In this document: positions 26,801 to 36,517 of the stretch, in pieces
Numbering within the stretch: the first letter of the stretch is position 1
How the letters are laid out: each line of letters begins with the position of its first letter
NCBI GenBank assembly: GCA_050916045.1
Contig: CP051526.1
Coordinates: 2,272,001-2,336,000, forward strand
Length of the DNA: 64,000 nt
Origin: Tepidisphaera sp.
GTDB taxonomy: Bacteria > Planctomycetota > Phycisphaerae > Phycisphaerales > UBA1924
Reading direction: 5' to 3'
Made by a program: the position numbers and the translations under genes
The notes under the pieces: model-generated
Databases searched by the model: none
What the model was told of the DNA's origin: nothing
Seen by the model: the letters and a program-made list of their open reading frames with translations, nothing else

Positions 26801-29800
26801 CTCCGACCACTCCCGTGACGGTGAGCGCGGAGCCGATGAGCCGGACGATCGTGGTGAGCGCGCCCAAGCAGGCGTTCGAGACGATCGAGCGGGTGGTGAA
26901 GGATGCGGACACGGAAGCGGCGGCTTCGCCGGGGATCGTTCGGATGTACGCGCTCAAGAACGCGCGAGTGGGGACGCTTCAGCCGCTGGTTGAACGTCTG
27001 CTGATGATCCGGGTGGCGGCGGATGCTCCGCAGGGTGCATCGCAGGCGGACCTGATGAAGCAGTTCGCGGTGGCGGCGGACCCGGCGACGAACACGGTGC
27101 TGATCTCGGGGTCGGACTCGGTCCAGAAGTCGGCCGAGTCGCTGATCACGCAGCTTGACCAGGCCGGGGCGGCGGGCGGAACGGCGGAGGTCGGGGTGTA
27201 CCGGCTTGAGACGGGGGATGCGACGAGCGTGGCGGCGAGCCTGAACACGGCTCTGGCGGCGGGGACGCTCCCCGGCGAGCCCAAGCCGAGCGTGACGGCG
27301 GAATCGGCGAGCAACACGGTCGTGATCGCGGCGAGCAAGCGCCAGCTCGACGAAGCGGCGAAGTTCGTCGAAACGATGGACAAGATGGCCAAGCCGGACA
27401 TGCTGTCCGTGCGGACGATCAACCTCAAGCACGCTCGAGCGGAAACCGTGCGTCCCGTGATCGAGAACGTGCTCACGCAGGAGAGCATGCTCGACATGCT
27501 CCCGCCTCAGCAGCGGATGCAGGTCATCTCGCGCGGCGGCATCAGCGCTCAGCCCAAGGTCCGCGTCGCGGCGGAGCCCAAGCTCAACGCGATCGTGGTC
27601 AGCGGTCCCAAGACGCTTATCGACCTCGCGGAGACGATGATCAAGGACCTGGACGTCGACCCGGCGACGAAAGCGGGCGAAGGGACGGCCAAGAGCGTGC
27701 GCGTGATCACGCTCAAGAACGCGGACGCGGCGGAACTGGCGAAGAGCCTGGAAGCCGTGTTCAAGGACGACTCGTCGTCGCAGCCCCCCACCATCCAGAT
27801 TGATACGTCGAGCAACGCGCTGATCGTGCGGGCGGATGCGAAGCAGATGGCGACGATCGACGAGGTCGTGTCGAAGATTGACGCAGCGACGCTGGCTTCC
27901 AATCGGCAGATGAAGGTGATCAGCGTCGACAAGAGCAAAGCGGACGCCAGCATGATCGCTGACACGCTGCAGCGGATGCTGAACAAGCAGGGCGGGGCAA
28001 AGGTCGAGGTCATCAGCGTCGAAGAACTGATCAAGCGTCAGCAGGAAAAGCCTGCGGATGGGAAGCCGGGGGCGCGGGCGGAGGGTCAGGGAGCGGTGGT
28101 CGCCTGGTCGGAAGAGGGCTTCACGCTCAAAGCTCAGAACTCGAATGGAACGGGCGGTTTGCGTCTTGGGTTCAGGCCGCTCAACTTCCGGTCCGAGGTG
28201 CTCGCGGCAGTCTTTGCGGCGTATCAGCCGGAGGCGGCGAAGCCGGAAACGCCAAAGCCGGCGGATGGCGATGCGGACGTCACGATCGCGGTCGACCCGA
28301 TCACGAACTCGGTGATGATCGTCGGGTCGCCGCGAACGACGGACCAGCTCGCGAAGCTTGCGCAGCAGCTTCAGGACCAGATGCCGGGGGATCCGGCGAC
28401 GGTGCGGGTGGTGACGCTTCCGGCGGGGGTGGATCAGCAGGCGCTGACCCAGCTTGTGAACCAGACGGTGACGCAGCTTGGGCGTCGGTCGGCGACGAAC
28501 ACGGGCGGGTTCACCGGTCCGGTATCGATTCTGCCGGACCCGACGGGGCAAGCGGTGATCGTGCTTGCGAACGCGACGGACTTTGAGACTGTGGCTTCGC
28601 TGATCGTGAGCGTGTCGCAGGTTTCGGCATCGTCGCAGCTGACGATCAAGGTGTATCCGCTTTCGAGCGTGTCGGCGCGGCAGGCGGAGGAAGCGATCCA
28701 GGACCTGCTCAGGCCGACGCCGGGCGGGGCTCAGGCACGGCGGGTGCGGTCGGCGGAGGTGACGGTCGTCGGTCCGGACGGGAAGACGACGGCGGCCAAG
28801 CTTGATGCTTCGCTGGTGCGGGTGTCGGCGGGTCCGGCCGGATCTTCGCTGATCGTGTCGGCCCCGGCGGAGGCGATCGCGATCCTGGATCGGTTCGTGT
28901 CTCTGATTGACCAGAGCCCGAGCGAAGGGCGGATGGCGATCCGCCGGTACGAGCTCAAGAACGCGAAAGCGGCGGAGCTCTCGCAGACGTTCCAGACCCT
29001 GTTTGACGCGCAGCGCGAGGGCGGCGCGGGGCAGGGGCCGCAGGCGCGATTTGTTTCGGATGAGCGTGGGAACGCGATCCTGGTGACGGCGAGCACGCCG
29101 CAGCACGACGAGGTGACTCGGCTTTTGGTGACGGCGGACGCGACGCTTGAGGACAAGAACCTGGAGCTTGCGATCATCCCGCTTCAGACGGCTTCGCCGG
29201 CGACGGTGCAGCGGATCGTGGAGCAGGTGATCATCGGGCGGGATCCGGCCAAGCGTGAGCGGGTGAGGATGTCGTCGGCGGAGGGGTCGAGCCTCTTTGC
29301 GGTGAGAGCGCCGAAGGAGGACATCGAGGAGATCAAGTCGCTGGTGGCGCGGATCGACCAGACGGAGGTCGGCGGCTTGCCGGTCAAGTCGATCAAACTC
29401 GAGCGGGCGGACGCGGAGACGGTCGCAAGCTCGATCACACAGTTCTACCAGACGCGGGCGCAAGTCTCGGCCAAGCCGGGACAGCGGACGAGCAACCGTG
29501 TCGCGATCATCGGCGAGCGGCGGACGGGGACGCTTGTGGTTGCGGCGAGCGATGAGGAGTTTGCGCAGATCGAGGGGCTGGCGAAGACGTTCGATGCGCC
29601 GGCTTCGACGGCGGACATGATCTTCAAGGTGATCCCGCTCAAGCACGCGCGGATCAGCGAGATCCAGACGACGGTGACGAGCCTGATCGACGAGTTCAAG
29701 TGGACCGGCTCGGCGACCGGACAGAATCGCGCGGACAGCGTCTTCATCCAGACCAACGACAGGACGAACGCGATCGTTGTGATGGGCAAGGAGGACATGA

Positions 29801-32800
29801 TCGCGACGGTCGAGCGGATCGTCTCGCAGCTTGACGTTCCGGAGGAGGGGCGGACGCAGCTCACGATCAAGTCCGTGGGCGTCGAGAAAGCGGACCTGCG
29901 GACGATCAAGACGGTGGTCGAACAGGCGTTGTCGACGCCGGGCTGGCGCTCATGGCGCGGGCCGGACCCTGAGGGCGTGCGTGTTGAGATCGATTCGGGC
30001 CGGAGGAGCCTGGTGCTCGTCGGCAAAGCCGAGCGCGTGGCGCAGGCGGTCGCGTACATCGAGGAGCTTGAGAAGGCTTCGGGTCGCGGCGACACGACGA
30101 TCACCTCGTTGGTGCTGAACAACGCTCGGGCGGACCGGGCGGCGTCGAGCCTGCGGCAGTTCTTCGCAGAGCGGGCGCGGGCGCAGGGCCTGCAGGAAAG
30201 CCCCGTCAGCGTGATGGGCTCGCCGGACGGAAACGTGCTGATCGTGTCGGCGGATGCGGCGAACCTGGCGACGATCAAGGAGCTTGTAACGCAGATCGAC
30301 GCGGACATCCTCGGGAAGGACCGCAAGACCGAGATCTACGTGCTTCAGAACACGACGGCGAGCGAAGCGAGCAACACGCTTCGGAGCATGTTCCCCAAGG
30401 CCGGCAACGAGGAAGAGCGGGTGGTGATCACGCCGCAAGCGACGCAGAACTCAATTCTTGTGTCGGCACCGATCGTGCAGTTCGAGCAGATCGCGGCCCT
30501 CGTGCGACAGCTTGACGCGGCTCCCAAGCCCGAGCAGGCGAACATCCAGACGGTGACCCTCTCGGCGGCCCGGGCTCAGGAGGTTGCGACGGCGCTCAAG
30601 ACGGCCCTGCCGCCGCAGATCAAGATCGGGATCACGGCGGTGCCGCGGAGCAACAGCCTGATGCTCACGGGGTCGCCCGAAGCGATCAAGCTCGCGGTCG
30701 AACAGATCGGCAAGCTGGACACGGAGAAGCCCAAGGCCCTCACGGTCTTCCGTCGGTTCCCGCTGGAGCACACGAGCAGCGACGATCTGTCGTACACGCT
30801 GCGGCAGATGCTCTCGGCGCGGCCGCGGGGCGACGGCGAGCCGACGGCGAGCGTGGACTATGACCGGGCGAGCAACACGCTGATGATCTCGGCTTCGGCG
30901 GACGCCATGCCCGAGGTCGAGAAGATGATCGCGTCGCTGGACGTCCCGCCCACGCGGCCGCGGAAGATGGACTTCATCAAGCTCGAGTACGCGAAAGCGG
31001 AGCAGACCGCCAAGGCGCTCGAGAACTTCTACGGGCGGTACGCGTTTGACGCGACGCCCGCGGCGAAGAACGTGACGATCATTCCCGACCCGGCGAGCAA
31101 CTCGCTGGTGATCTCGGCGGAAGAGACGCAGTGGGAAGGGATCCGCGGGCTTCTGAAGAAGCTCGATACGAAAGAATATGACACGGCGCAGCAGAGCACG
31201 GTGATCGCGCTGCAGCACGCGGACGCGGTGTCGGTGGCGAGAGCGATCAACGAGGGCCTGCGGGCGCCGCTCCAGGCCGAGTTCGAACGCGAGCGGATCC
31301 GCGCCGAGCGGGAAGCACGCGGGCAACGGTCGCGGGATCGCGAGGAATTCGCGTCTCCGAGCGTGCTGATTGACGCGAAGGACATCCCGACGGTCTCGGC
31401 GGAAGCCCAGACGAACAGCCTGGTGGTGTTCGCGGGCGCGAAGATGCTCGAACGGATCCAGGCTCTGGTCAAACAGCTTGACGTGCCGGCGCTGGCGAAC
31501 ATCAACGACATCCGGGTGGTGCCACTGAAAGCCGGCAAGCCGAGCGTGATCGCCGGGCAGATCCGGCAGCTGTTCCTGAATGACGGTCAGAATGAGCGAG
31601 ACAATCGCGTTCGCGGCGTGCTGATCGTCGGGGACGACACGGCGGGAGCGCTGATCGTGCGGGCTCCGGAGGACAAGTTCGCACAGATCAAGGCGCTTGC
31701 GGACAGCTTGCAGACCGCGGTTGACGCGGGACGCGTGCTGCCGCACGTCTACAAGCTCGTGAATGTGCCCGCGGCGCGGCTGGCGCCGACGCTTCAGCGG
31801 ACGTTCGCACCCATCGCGTCGCAGCTTGGCGAGACGATCGGCGTCGAGGTGGACCGAGGGAGCAACGCGCTGGTGATCGCGTGCAGCGAGCGGCTGAAGA
31901 TTGAGATCGAGAAGACGATCCGCGAGCTTGACGTCAACGCCTTCGGTCAGACGGCGGTGCCCGGCGCGAACAAGCTCGGCCAGAGCGTGCTCGTGGTTGA
32001 GGTGAGGAACATCGCGCCCTCGGCGATGGAGAAGATGCTGACGGACATGGGCCTGACGCAGGCGCAAGCCGCGGACAAGCCGGGCGTGGTGACCGAGCCG
32101 GTCACGATCGTTCCGATGGTGACGCGATCGGCGCTGGCGATCCTGGCGAGCCCCGGCGACGCGCCGGCGATCATCGAGCTCGTGAAGGCGCTCGATACCG
32201 CGCCGGCGGAAGCGGGCGAAGTGGTCCAGATCGTGCGGCTGAAGAAAGCTGGCGCGGGAAACCTCGTCACGACGCTCACGAGCATGCTGAACCAGACCAA
32301 GACGGCGAACCCCGCCGGGCCCGCGGGGGCGCTGGCGGAGCAGCTCCGGCGGTTCAAGCTGACCCGGACGGGGCTTGGCCAGAAGGATCTGGATGTGGAT
32401 CTTTCCAAGCCGATCCGCCTGATCGCGGACAACGAGAGCAACTCGGTGATCATCGGGAGCACACAAGCGAACGTGGAAGCTCTGGCGCCCGTGGTTGAGC
32501 TGATGGACAGCCTGCCGCTTGGCGAGAGCGTGATCGTGCGGATCTTCCCGCTCCAGAACGCGCAGGCGGCGCGGATCAAGGTCGTCGTGGATCAGCTTTT
32601 CCAGCAGGGCGAGCAGCTCGCTCGCCTGCCGGGGACGACGCGTCGCGGCGAGCCGGTGACCGCGACGGGGCAGGCGTTGATCGGCGACATCGCCGTCGCG
32701 CTCGATGAGCGGACGAACACGATCGTGGTCGCGGGACGAGAGGAAGCCGTCGCGCTGGTCGAGGTGCTCGTCAAGGATCTTGATTCGGACCGGATGAGCA

Positions 32801-35800
32801 ACTGGATCGAGCCGACGATCATCGCGATCAAGCACGGTGACGCGGCGGCGATCGCGGACCGACTGAGCGAGGTGCTTGTGCGCGGCTTGGCGACGACGCC
32901 GGAAGCGGCGGGCCTGCAGAAGCAGTACGGACGCCTTCGCATGTCGCTCGCCGGCAAGGACCCGACCAAGCCGGAAAACCAGGTGCAAGCGGACCTCTTC
33001 GCGCCGCTGAACGGGCTTGTGATCACGTCGGACCCGACGCTGAACGCCCTCATCGTGGTGGGATCGACGGGGAACATCGCGGTGGTCCGCGAGATGGTCG
33101 CGCAGCTCGACGTCGAGGTGGCGAGCGCGGCGAACACCTTCCGGGTCTTCCCGCTGGTCAATGCGGCGGCGGATCGGGCGGGGCGCGTGCTTCAGGATCT
33201 TTTCTCTCAGCGTGAGAAGGTCTCGGCACTGAGGCCCGAGGACCGGCTTGTGATCTCGACGGACGCCCGGATCAACAGCCTGATTGTGAGCAGTTCGGCC
33301 CGGAGCTTGTCCGTCGTCGAGGCACTCCTGAAGACGATCGACGCGAAGGACGCGAGCCCGAGCGTGTCGCTCCACATCGTGCCGGTGGAGGGCGCGGACG
33401 TGACGCAGCTTGCGGGGAAGATCCAGCGGCTGATGCGTGAGCGGATCGAAGCGGCGAGCCGGACCTCGTCCGGCGGGGTGGCGAACCCGATGGACGCGTT
33501 CAGCATCGAAGCCGAGCCTGGGAGCAACCTGCTCATCGTGGCTTCGAGCGAAGAGAACTTCGCGGTGGTGAAGGAGTTGATCGACGCGCTGATGAAGAAC
33601 GGGGAGGCGCTCGCGGCGGCTCAGGACACGGGGCTGATCCAGCTCAAGAAGATGCCCGTGGCGGACGCGGTGACTCAGATCCGCGACATCTACGTGAAGA
33701 AGGAGACCGAGCGGCGCGGGGCCAACGCGGTGACGGTCGCGGCGAACGAGCGTCTGAACGCCGTGCTCGTGCAGGGCACGGCGAAGGACATCACCGAGAT
33801 CCGCGCCCTCGTCGAGCGTCTGGAATCGACGGACATCGCGATCGTGCGGCAGCTTGATCGAATTGAACTGCGGTCGGCAAACGCGCTGGAGGTCGTGAAC
33901 CTCCTTGAAGGCGTGCTCTCCGGCCGCGGGGTGAGCGGTCAGCGGATCGGGGCGCGGCAGGCGACCCGCGTGCAGTACATCCGCGACCAGATCCTGGGCC
34001 AGTTGAACCAGGACGGCACGCCGCCGACGGAAGCGGAGATCGACGGAGCCGTGCGGGACCAGGTGACGCTGACCCCCGACCTGCGGACCAACGCCGTGCT
34101 GGTGACGGCGCCGCCGCAGATGCTCGCCCTGATCAAGGAAGTCATCGACGACATCGACAGCAACAAAGCGGACCGGCAGATCGAGCAGTTCCGCTTGGTG
34201 AACGCCGACGCGACTCGCATGTCGGAGGTCCTGCAGCGGGTCTTCACGCTGCGTCAGCAGGGGACGAGTTTCGTGCTCGTGCCGCCCGAAGACGCTCCGG
34301 CGGATGGAGCGGACCAGTCCGGCCCCCGGCCCTCGACGGTGACGGCGGTGCCGGACGAGCGTCAGGCCCTTTCGGTGGCGGTCGACGCACGCACCAACAC
34401 GCTGATCGTCTCCGGCACGGCGAAGTACCTCGACCAGGTGCGCGAGCTGATCAACAAGCTCGACTCGATCGAAGCCGTCGAGCGTCTGCAGACCGTCTAC
34501 CACCTCAAGAACGCGAAAGCCAAGGAGATGGCGACGACGCTCCAGGACATCTTCCGGCAGGAGAGCAGCTTGTCCCGGACAACGACGAGCTCGGCGCAGA
34601 CCGGCTCGCTCGAACGCCAGCTCGAAGCCGAGGTGACGGTCGTCGGCGATGAGAACAGCAACAAGCTGCTGATCGCGACGAGCCCGCGGTACATGGACAA
34701 AGTGCTGAAGATGGTCGATGAACTCGACAAGACCCCGCCGCAGGTGATGATCCAGGTCCTGCTGGCGGAAGTCACGATCGATTCCGACGACCGCTGGGGC
34801 ATGGACATCCGCGTGGGCCCCTTCGGCGGCGACGTGTACAACGCGCAGTCGCTGGGCGGCGGGCCCGGCGGGATCGCCAACACCCTCGGCGGCGGCAACA
34901 TCTCGGTGTCGTCGGCGGACTTCGCGCTGCTGATCCGGGCTCTTGAAGTGCAGGGCAAACTGCAGGTCCTCTCGCGTCCGGAAGTGATGGTCAACAACAA
35001 CAAGACGGCGTCGATCAACGTCGGCGACAACATCGCGGTGGCTTCGGGCACGGAACGGACGCCGCAGGGGTCGACAAGGGCGGACGTGACGCGTCAGGAC
35101 GTGGGCATCACGCTCGACGTCACGCCACGGATCAGCAACGACGGGTTCGTGCAGATGGACATCTCGCCGAAGATCTCGTCGCTCACAAGCCGCCAGACGC
35201 AGATCAGCGAGGATTTCTCGGCGCCGGTGATCAACCAGCGCACGGTGAAGACGGTCGTGAACGTCAAGGACGGACAGTCGGTCGTCATCGGCGGCCTGAT
35301 TCAGAGCACCGAGGAGGACCGCCGATCCAAGGTGCCGTTCATCGGGGATATCCCGGTCGTGGGCGGCATGTTCCGGACGACGCAGAAGACGAGCGTCAAG
35401 ACCGAGCTTCTCGTCATCCTCACGCCGCGCGTCGTGCCCGGCGCCGGGCCGGACTGGGAGGAACGCGTCCGCCGCATCAACGAGCAGATGCTCAACCAGA
35501 TGGCCGATCCGACCGTCATCCGCCAGTACCTCGAAGAACACGATCTTCGCACGAAGGAGATGGAAAGCCTCAACAAGCCCCGGGCGGGCGATGCGGGACC
35601 GACCACGGACACGCCCGACGCGGGCGGGACGCCGGCCGACGCCGCCACCGCCCCGAACACCGCCCCCCCACCCCCGGCGGAAAGCACGCCGCCGGGCCCC
35701 ACGGATGGAGGCGCAGCCGGGGCCCAGGCCCGCACCGGCGTGGTGGACCTGCGTTACGCGCCGCCGCCCAGCCAGCCGACGGATCTCTCACGCAAGCCTT

Positions 35801-35817
35801 CGGAGTCACGGAAGTAG
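23884..35817 (+). CDS. gspD: Giant secretin (GspD-like), N0 + about 41 Secretin_N repeats + secretin barrel
   Basis: Signal peptide; N0 VQLNFKDTPLDQVL; repeated L.HA.A...D..TN.LIV...LD units; C-terminal PQVMIQVLLAEV, DVGITLDVTPRI, VKDGQSVVIGGLI, KVPFIGDIP, TELLVILTPRVV. Confidence 0.93.
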   Translation: MKRCAMSMKRSTRVLAAAMVLAAAGSAADVWAQEQAPAAGAQPATPAAPAAAPEAATPAPAAQPTASPQVAAAVTQPGEVQLNFKDTPLDQVLDFFSREAGLPVIFEAPVPAGALTFLSPQKYTFDDALTILNLNLSTRGLQLRRQDKFLYLSTLAESAKKPGMVVGTLPANARPEEILTLAVPLNHAIAGTVVEQIKPLLGQFGVVLAVPQQNIVLITDMAAQVKRIREIVVAIDQVKPADTQFKLFTLKHAQADVIFGTLKGLLSTRTIETFITADNKRTTKQDETLGGLQLQPDPRTNSIVAVGSAAKIQQVEDMIALLDVPESGEGSGGTQMVTIALSQATAADAATRVRELFATAAEPKKPTVIALPQVNKITIMGSAEQVSKATTLLAALDPGVVNEGGTVRAETRAAIVRLRFGKADEIAQTVKRLMTPRQAAMVKSAATPDARGLIIHGPAEDVAVVETLVASLDVPANAERDIAIVKITKGTVADVVKQAGALYAQVGGTEAESVTVNADEASRTVLLIGSKPGLALYTKMLETAQGNVKVERVGKLVDVTKATPSVLAERLAKFVKPLLMTDDAQPFVEPVFEPVDELRKLMVRAEASQMAIIEGLVTKLDVQDGGARDLRVFPVVNAKAGEVAKRAMELYTAQNAGNPLAKPVEITADEASNTLSILADVSVMPAVTKIIDELAKQSGPAREVKMLELRLAKADEVVSYLQDMVKGSATLNIKGGANPVFEAIPATNSVLVGATGPQMMIIESLVKNLDAGKQGERPPLRILKVTTSDAANLGQVLQASYAQRPAEERGKRPVDIQVDMATNTLLVSAHPEVYPEIEKIVGELNEQQSMDKTGREIRIFPLRVARAEELALTIDQMYPEPPIPRDPRTNQPRPDLKPPREVVVRADKGTNSLIVDAPSKRLSGFEEIVKRLDMAQVAGDAEVRTYRIARADLAALTATLRGLVSANALPGVAPTTPVTVSAEPMSRTIVVSAPKQAFETIERVVKDADTEAAASPGIVRMYALKNARVGTLQPLVERLLMIRVAADAPQGASQADLMKQFAVAADPATNTVLISGSDSVQKSAESLITQLDQAGAAGGTAEVGVYRLETGDATSVAASLNTALAAGTLPGEPKPSVTAESASNTVVIAASKRQLDEAAKFVETMDKMAKPDMLSVRTINLKHARAETVRPVIENVLTQESMLDMLPPQQRMQVISRGGISAQPKVRVAAEPKLNAIVVSGPKTLIDLAETMIKDLDVDPATKAGEGTAKSVRVITLKNADAAELAKSLEAVFKDDSSSQPPTIQIDTSSNALIVRADAKQMATIDEVVSKIDAATLASNRQMKVISVDKSKADASMIADTLQRMLNKQGGAKVEVISVEELIKRQQEKPADGKPGARAEGQGAVVAWSEEGFTLKAQNSNGTGGLRLGFRPLNFRSEVLAAVFAAYQPEAAKPETPKPADGDADVTIAVDPITNSVMIVGSPRTTDQLAKLAQQLQDQMPGDPATVRVVTLPAGVDQQALTQLVNQTVTQLGRRSATNTGGFTGPVSILPDPTGQAVIVLANATDFETVASLIVSVSQVSASSQLTIKVYPLSSVSARQAEEAIQDLLRPTPGGAQARRVRSAEVTVVGPDGKTTAAKLDASLVRVSAGPAGSSLIVSAPAEAIAILDRFVSLIDQSPSEGRMAIRRYELKNAKAAELSQTFQTLFDAQREGGAGQGPQARFVSDERGNAILVTASTPQHDEVTRLLVTADATLEDKNLELAIIPLQTASPATVQRIVEQVIIGRDPAKRERVRMSSAEGSSLFAVRAPKEDIEEIKSLVARIDQTEVGGLPVKSIKLERADAETVASSITQFYQTRAQVSAKPGQRTSNRVAIIGERRTGTLVVAASDEEFAQIEGLAKTFDAPASTADMIFKVIPLKHARISEIQTTVTSLIDEFKWTGSATGQNRADSVFIQTNDRTNAIVVMGKEDMIATVERIVSQLDVPEEGRTQLTIKSVGVEKADLRTIKTVVEQALSTPGWRSWRGPDPEGVRVEIDSGRRSLVLVGKAERVAQAVAYIEELEKASGRGDTTITSLVLNNARADRAASSLRQFFAERARAQGLQESPVSVMGSPDGNVLIVSADAANLATIKELVTQIDADILGKDRKTEIYVLQNTTASEASNTLRSMFPKAGNEEERVVITPQATQNSILVSAPIVQFEQIAALVRQLDAAPKPEQANIQTVTLSAARAQEVATALKTALPPQIKIGITAVPRSNSLMLTGSPEAIKLAVEQIGKLDTEKPKALTVFRRFPLEHTSSDDLSYTLRQMLSARPRGDGEPTASVDYDRASNTLMISASADAMPEVEKMIASLDVPPTRPRKMDFIKLEYAKAEQTAKALENFYGRYAFDATPAAKNVTIIPDPASNSLVISAEETQWEGIRGLLKKLDTKEYDTAQQSTVIALQHADAVSVARAINEGLRAPLQAEFERERIRAEREARGQRSRDREEFASPSVLIDAKDIPTVSAEAQTNSLVVFAGAKMLERIQALVKQLDVPALANINDIRVVPLKAGKPSVIAGQIRQLFLNDGQNERDNRVRGVLIVGDDTAGALIVRAPEDKFAQIKALADSLQTAVDAGRVLPHVYKLVNVPAARLAPTLQRTFAPIASQLGETIGVEVDRGSNALVIACSERLKIEIEKTIRELDVNAFGQTAVPGANKLGQSVLVVEVRNIAPSAMEKMLTDMGLTQAQAADKPGVVTEPVTIVPMVTRSALAILASPGDAPAIIELVKALDTAPAEAGEVVQIVRLKKAGAGNLVTTLTSMLNQTKTANPAGPAGALAEQLRRFKLTRTGLGQKDLDVDLSKPIRLIADNESNSVIIGSTQANVEALAPVVELMDSLPLGESVIVRIFPLQNAQAARIKVVVDQLFQQGEQLARLPGTTRRGEPVTATGQALIGDIAVALDERTNTIVVAGREEAVALVEVLVKDLDSDRMSNWIEPTIIAIKHGDAAAIADRLSEVLVRGLATTPEAAGLQKQYGRLRMSLAGKDPTKPENQVQADLFAPLNGLVITSDPTLNALIVVGSTGNIAVVREMVAQLDVEVASAANTFRVFPLVNAAADRAGRVLQDLFSQREKVSALRPEDRLVISTDARINSLIVSSSARSLSVVEALLKTIDAKDASPSVSLHIVPVEGADVTQLAGKIQRLMRERIEAASRTSSGGVANPMDAFSIEAEPGSNLLIVASSEENFAVVKELIDALMKNGEALAAAQDTGLIQLKKMPVADAVTQIRDIYVKKETERRGANAVTVAANERLNAVLVQGTAKDITEIRALVERLESTDIAIVRQLDRIELRSANALEVVNLLEGVLSGRGVSGQRIGARQATRVQYIRDQILGQLNQDGTPPTEAEIDGAVRDQVTLTPDLRTNAVLVTAPPQMLALIKEVIDDIDSNKADRQIEQFRLVNADATRMSEVLQRVFTLRQQGTSFVLVPPEDAPADGADQSGPRPSTVTAVPDERQALSVAVDARTNTLIVSGTAKYLDQVRELINKLDSIEAVERLQTVYHLKNAKAKEMATTLQDIFRQESSLSRTTTSSAQTGSLERQLEAEVTVVGDENSNKLLIATSPRYMDKVLKMVDELDKTPPQVMIQVLLAEVTIDSDDRWGMDIRVGPFGGDVYNAQSLGGGPGGIANTLGGGNISVSSADFALLIRALEVQGKLQVLSRPEVMVNNNKTASINVGDNIAVASGTERTPQGSTRADVTRQDVGITLDVTPRISNDGFVQMDISPKISSLTSRQTQISEDFSAPVINQRTVKTVVNVKDGQSVVIGGLIQSTEEDRRSKVPFIGDIPVVGGMFRTTQKTSVKTELLVILTPRVVPGAGPDWEERVRRINEQMLNQMADPTVIRQYLEEHDLRTKEMESLNKPRAGDAGPTTDTPDAGGTPADAATAPNTAPPPPAESTPPGPTDGGAAGAQARTGVVDLRYAPPPSQPTDLSRKPSESRK

Positions 35818-35829
35818 GAGGAGGTTCGC

Positions 35830-36357
35830 ATGCGGCGTTCGACGATGGGAATGATGGGTGCGACCGGTGCCCTGCTTCTGGCGGTCACGGGCGGGTGCAT
35901 CTCGGCCGAGCCCAAGCCCGCGATCTCGGGCTTTAACGCTCCGAATGAGCCGAACCCGACGCGGATCGTGGTGACGTCGTACATGGCCCGGGACACGGAC
36001 TCGAACGGGTTCCCGGATCTGATCCCGCTTCGGGTGCACCTTTTCGAAGCCGAGGGCGGCTGGCCCCTCGCGGTCACAGTTCCGGGGACATTCCGATTCG
36101 AGCTCGTCAAACCGGGAGACGCGGGAGACGCCAAGCCGCTGGCCACCTGGGAGATCGACCCGGCGCAGTTCCCGGGCATGCTCAAGCAGGACCAGATCGG
36201 TCCGTGCTACATGATTGAACTCAGCCTCCTTACACAGGGGCGGACGGACCGTTTGGCGGTTGAATCGATCGACCTACGGACGACGTTTTTGCCGACCAAG
36301 GCCTCTCCGAACCCCATCCGGGGTGTGATTTCGATGCACTTTGGGCGGACGCGGTAG
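35830..36357 (+). CDS. Lipoprotein, candidate pilotin/secretin accessory
   Basis: Lipobox-like LLLAVTGG|C; GGAGG RBS immediately after gspD. Confidence 0.7.
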   Translation: MRRSTMGMMGATGALLLAVTGGCISAEPKPAISGFNAPNEPNPTRIVVTSYMARDTDSNGFPDLIPLRVHLFEAEGGWPLAVTVPGTFRFELVKPGDAGDAKPLATWEIDPAQFPGMLKQDQIGPCYMIELSLLTQGRTDRLAVESIDLRTTFLPTKASPNPIRGVISMHFGRTR

Positions 36358-36517
36358 CGGACCAAACAAAGTCCGATCAAATAGCAGGCGATGTCCGTTC
36401 TTGTCCGAGTCTTAACCAATCTAAACTCGGCTTTCTGGCGGTTCGCGCTAAGGTTTTTGCGCATCCGGGGCGGGGTTCCAGACGGGAACCCGGCGGGTGC
36501 TTCCAGGAGCGAACTCG

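Noticed and set aside
24355..35541. Very long minus-strand ORFs (1763 aa, 1696 aa) opposite gspD, and similar ones opposite the gsp and pst genes
   Set aside because: Arg/His-rich antisense frames expected from GC-rich codon bias; no motifs.
36411..36427. Possible Pho box CTTAACC/CTAAACT upstream of pstS
   Set aside because: Only two imperfect units at 10-bp rather than 11-bp spacing; too weak to call.
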